This document shows, piece after piece, positions 62,241 through 64,000 of a stretch of 64,000 nucleotides of DNA. Location of the stretch: assembly GCA_039831155.1 (NCBI GenBank), contig JBDONT010000026.1, positions 35,892 through 99,891 of the forward strand, read 5' to 3'. The translations under genes and the position numbers were made by a program. Source of the stretch: Nautiliaceae bacterium (GTDB taxonomy: Bacteria > Campylobacterota > Campylobacteria > Campylobacterales > Nautiliaceae). Within the stretch, counting starts at the first letter, position 1. Each line of letters opens with the position of its first letter. Under the pieces are notes generated by a model. That model made no database searches and was not told the DNA's origin. It was given only the letters and a program-made list of their open reading frames with translations.

Positions 62241-62763
62241 ATGGGAGCTTTGAAACTAAAAAAATATACTTATTCGGATTATGTTACGTGGGAGGGGAAG
62301 TGGGAGATAATTGACGGAGTGTCTTATGCGATGGCTCCGGCTCCGGTTCCAAAACATCAAGTAGTTGTCGGTAGAGTTTTTAGAGAATTTGAGAAAAATT
62401 TAGAATGTGAAAATTGCGAAGTGTTTATTGCTCCGATTGATTGGAAGATAGATGATTTTAATATAGTCCGGCCTGATGTGAATATATTTTGTGAAGATTG
62501 GGAGGATAAGAAGTATTTAACTTCAACTCCTCCGGTGATTGTAGAGGTTTTAAGTCTATCAACTGCTATAAAAAATATAAATTTAAAATATAAGCTTTAT
62601 GAGAGGGTAGGGGTTAAGTGGTATGTTTGAAAATAAAGAGGTTAAAATTTTTAAAAACGAAAACGGGTATAAAGAGGTTAAGTTTGATAAAAGTTTTGAA
62701 TTTTAGTGGGATGGATGTAAAACAAAAATAGATTTTGAAAGGGTGTTTAATGGTTTTAAGTAA
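62241..62763 (+). pseudogene. Uma2-family endonuclease pseudogene (frameshift plus nonsense)
   Basis: 'WEIIDG..YAMAP...HQ', 'RPD', 'VEVLS'; stops at 62630, continues in the +1 frame (ENKEVKIF...FEF*WDGCKTKIDF) with TAG at 62704-62706. Confidence 0.8.
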
Positions 62764-63490
62764 ATACAGTGCAAGTGGGAATGATTTTGTAATTTTCCAT
62801 ACATTTAAAAAAGAAGATAGAAATAGTTTGGCAAAAGAATTGTGTGATAGACAAAACGGAATAGGGGCAGATGGGCTTATAGTAATTTTACCTCATAACG
62901 AATATGACTTTGAGTGGCAGTTTTATAATGCCGACGGAAGTGAGGCTGAAATGTGTGGTAATGGAAGCAGAGCCGCAGCTCATTACGCTTATACTAATAA
63001 TTTGGCTCCTAAAAAAATGAAATTTTTAACACTTGCCGGAGTGATTGAAGCTGAAGTTGACGGCGATGTGGTTGAATCTATGCTTAGTCCTTATAAATTA
63101 ATAAAAGACGAGTTTGAAAAAGAGGGGCTTAAGTGGAAAATTTATGATACCGGAGTGCCTCATTTAGTTACATTAAGTGGTACTGATAAATACGATAAAG
63201 CTTTGGCTTCTAAAATGAGATATAAATATAACGCTAATGTAAATTTTGCAGAAGTAAAAAATAATAAGCTTTATGTACGTACATATGAAAGAGGTGTAGA
63301 AGATGAAACGCTTGCTTGTGGGACCGGGATGTGTGCTAGTTTTTTGGTGGCTAGGGATTTGGGGCTAATTAAAGATGAGGTTTTAGTCTATCCTAAGAGT
63401 AAAGAAGAACTTAAAATAAGGTTACAAAACGGCAGACTTTATTTTAAAGGAAAAGTTAAAAACACATTTTTGGCCGAATATAAAATGTAA
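62750..63490 (+). CDS. dapF: Diaminopimelate epimerase
   Basis: GNDF, GIGADG, NADGS.AEMCGNG, ERGVE.ETLACGTG. Confidence 0.95.
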   Translation: MVLSKYSASGNDFVIFHTFKKEDRNSLAKELCDRQNGIGADGLIVILPHNEYDFEWQFYNADGSEAEMCGNGSRAAAHYAYTNNLAPKKMKFLTLAGVIEAEVDGDVVESMLSPYKLIKDEFEKEGLKWKIYDTGVPHLVTLSGTDKYDKALASKMRYKYNANVNFAEVKNNKLYVRTYERGVEDETLACGTGMCASFLVARDLGLIKDEVLVYPKSKEELKIRLQNGRLYFKGKVKNTFLAEYKM

Positions 63491-63578
63491 CCATTAGTAA
63501 CACTTCTAATAAAAGATTAAATTACTCTTTTTTCTTTTGTATTTTTCTGTTATATTACAAATAAAAAAAGGAGGCAAT

Positions 63579-64000
63579 ATGCCGACATTAACAAAATTAA
63601 AAGGTAACGATGTAGCACTTTACGGAAATCAAGTAAACGTAGGTGATAACGCTCCTGTGGTAACTTTACCAAACAGTGCACTTGAAGAAGTAACTATCGG
63701 TGGAGCTCAAGATAAAGCTCAACTAATTGTAGCTGTACCAAGCCTTGATACGCCGGTATGTGCAATGGAAACTACTAAATTTAACAACGAAGCTGCTTCA
63801 GTTGAGGGTGCGACTGTTTATGTTGTATCAATGGACTTACCGTTTGCAGCTAAAAGATTCTGTTCTACTGAAGGAATTGAAAACCTTCAAGTTTTAAGTG
63901 ATTTTAGAGATAAATGTTTTTCATCAGCTTATGGAACTTTAATTGCTGAAGGACTACTTAGAGGACTTAGTGCAAGAGCTATTTTTGTAGTTGGGAAAGA
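63579..64000 (+). CDS. tpx: Thiol peroxidase Tpx (truncated by window end)
   Basis: GGAGG RBS; translation gives 'VPSLDTPVC', 'SMDLPFA..RFC', 'LSDFR', 'ARAIFVV'. Confidence 0.92.
   Translation, partial: MPTLTKLKGNDVALYGNQVNVGDNAPVVTLPNSALEEVTIGGAQDKAQLIVAVPSLDTPVCAMETTKFNNEAASVEGATVYVVSMDLPFAAKRFCSTEGIENLQVLSDFRDKCFSSAYGTLIAEGLLRGLSARAIFVVGK

Overview
AT-rich, gene-dense bacterial chromosome segment spanning the replication origin. Gene content and order (ruvC<>dnaA-dnaN-gyrB-queF; accD-thiE-rlmH-dksA-dusB; kdsA-ribH-nusB) and TTCAC-core DnaA boxes point to Campylobacterota, probably Nautiliaceae (inference). Most of the window is housekeeping. The best candidate for an undescribed system is a tightly coupled 11-gene, 13-kb envelope operon (13236-26271). 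It encodes a heterodimeric LolCDE-like ABC transporter, three FGE-sulfatase-fold proteins, an LPP20/DUF4384 protein, two orphan secreted proteins and two paralogous lipoproteins, one with a ~600-aa beta-propeller-like insertion. This parts list recalls the Pseudomonas TagQRST module, but no T6SS or PpkA kinase is in the window. Other notable items: a T4 Rnl1-type RNA ligase between queF and tRNA-Ala(GGC), an apparently catalytically dead PBP-like fusion, a fused R-M-S restriction enzyme with internal repeats, a frameshifted membrane peptide gene, a bipartite oriC, a partial T2SS (gspCDEF) and a Uma2 pseudogene. All family assignments come from motifs recognised by eye; no database search was run.
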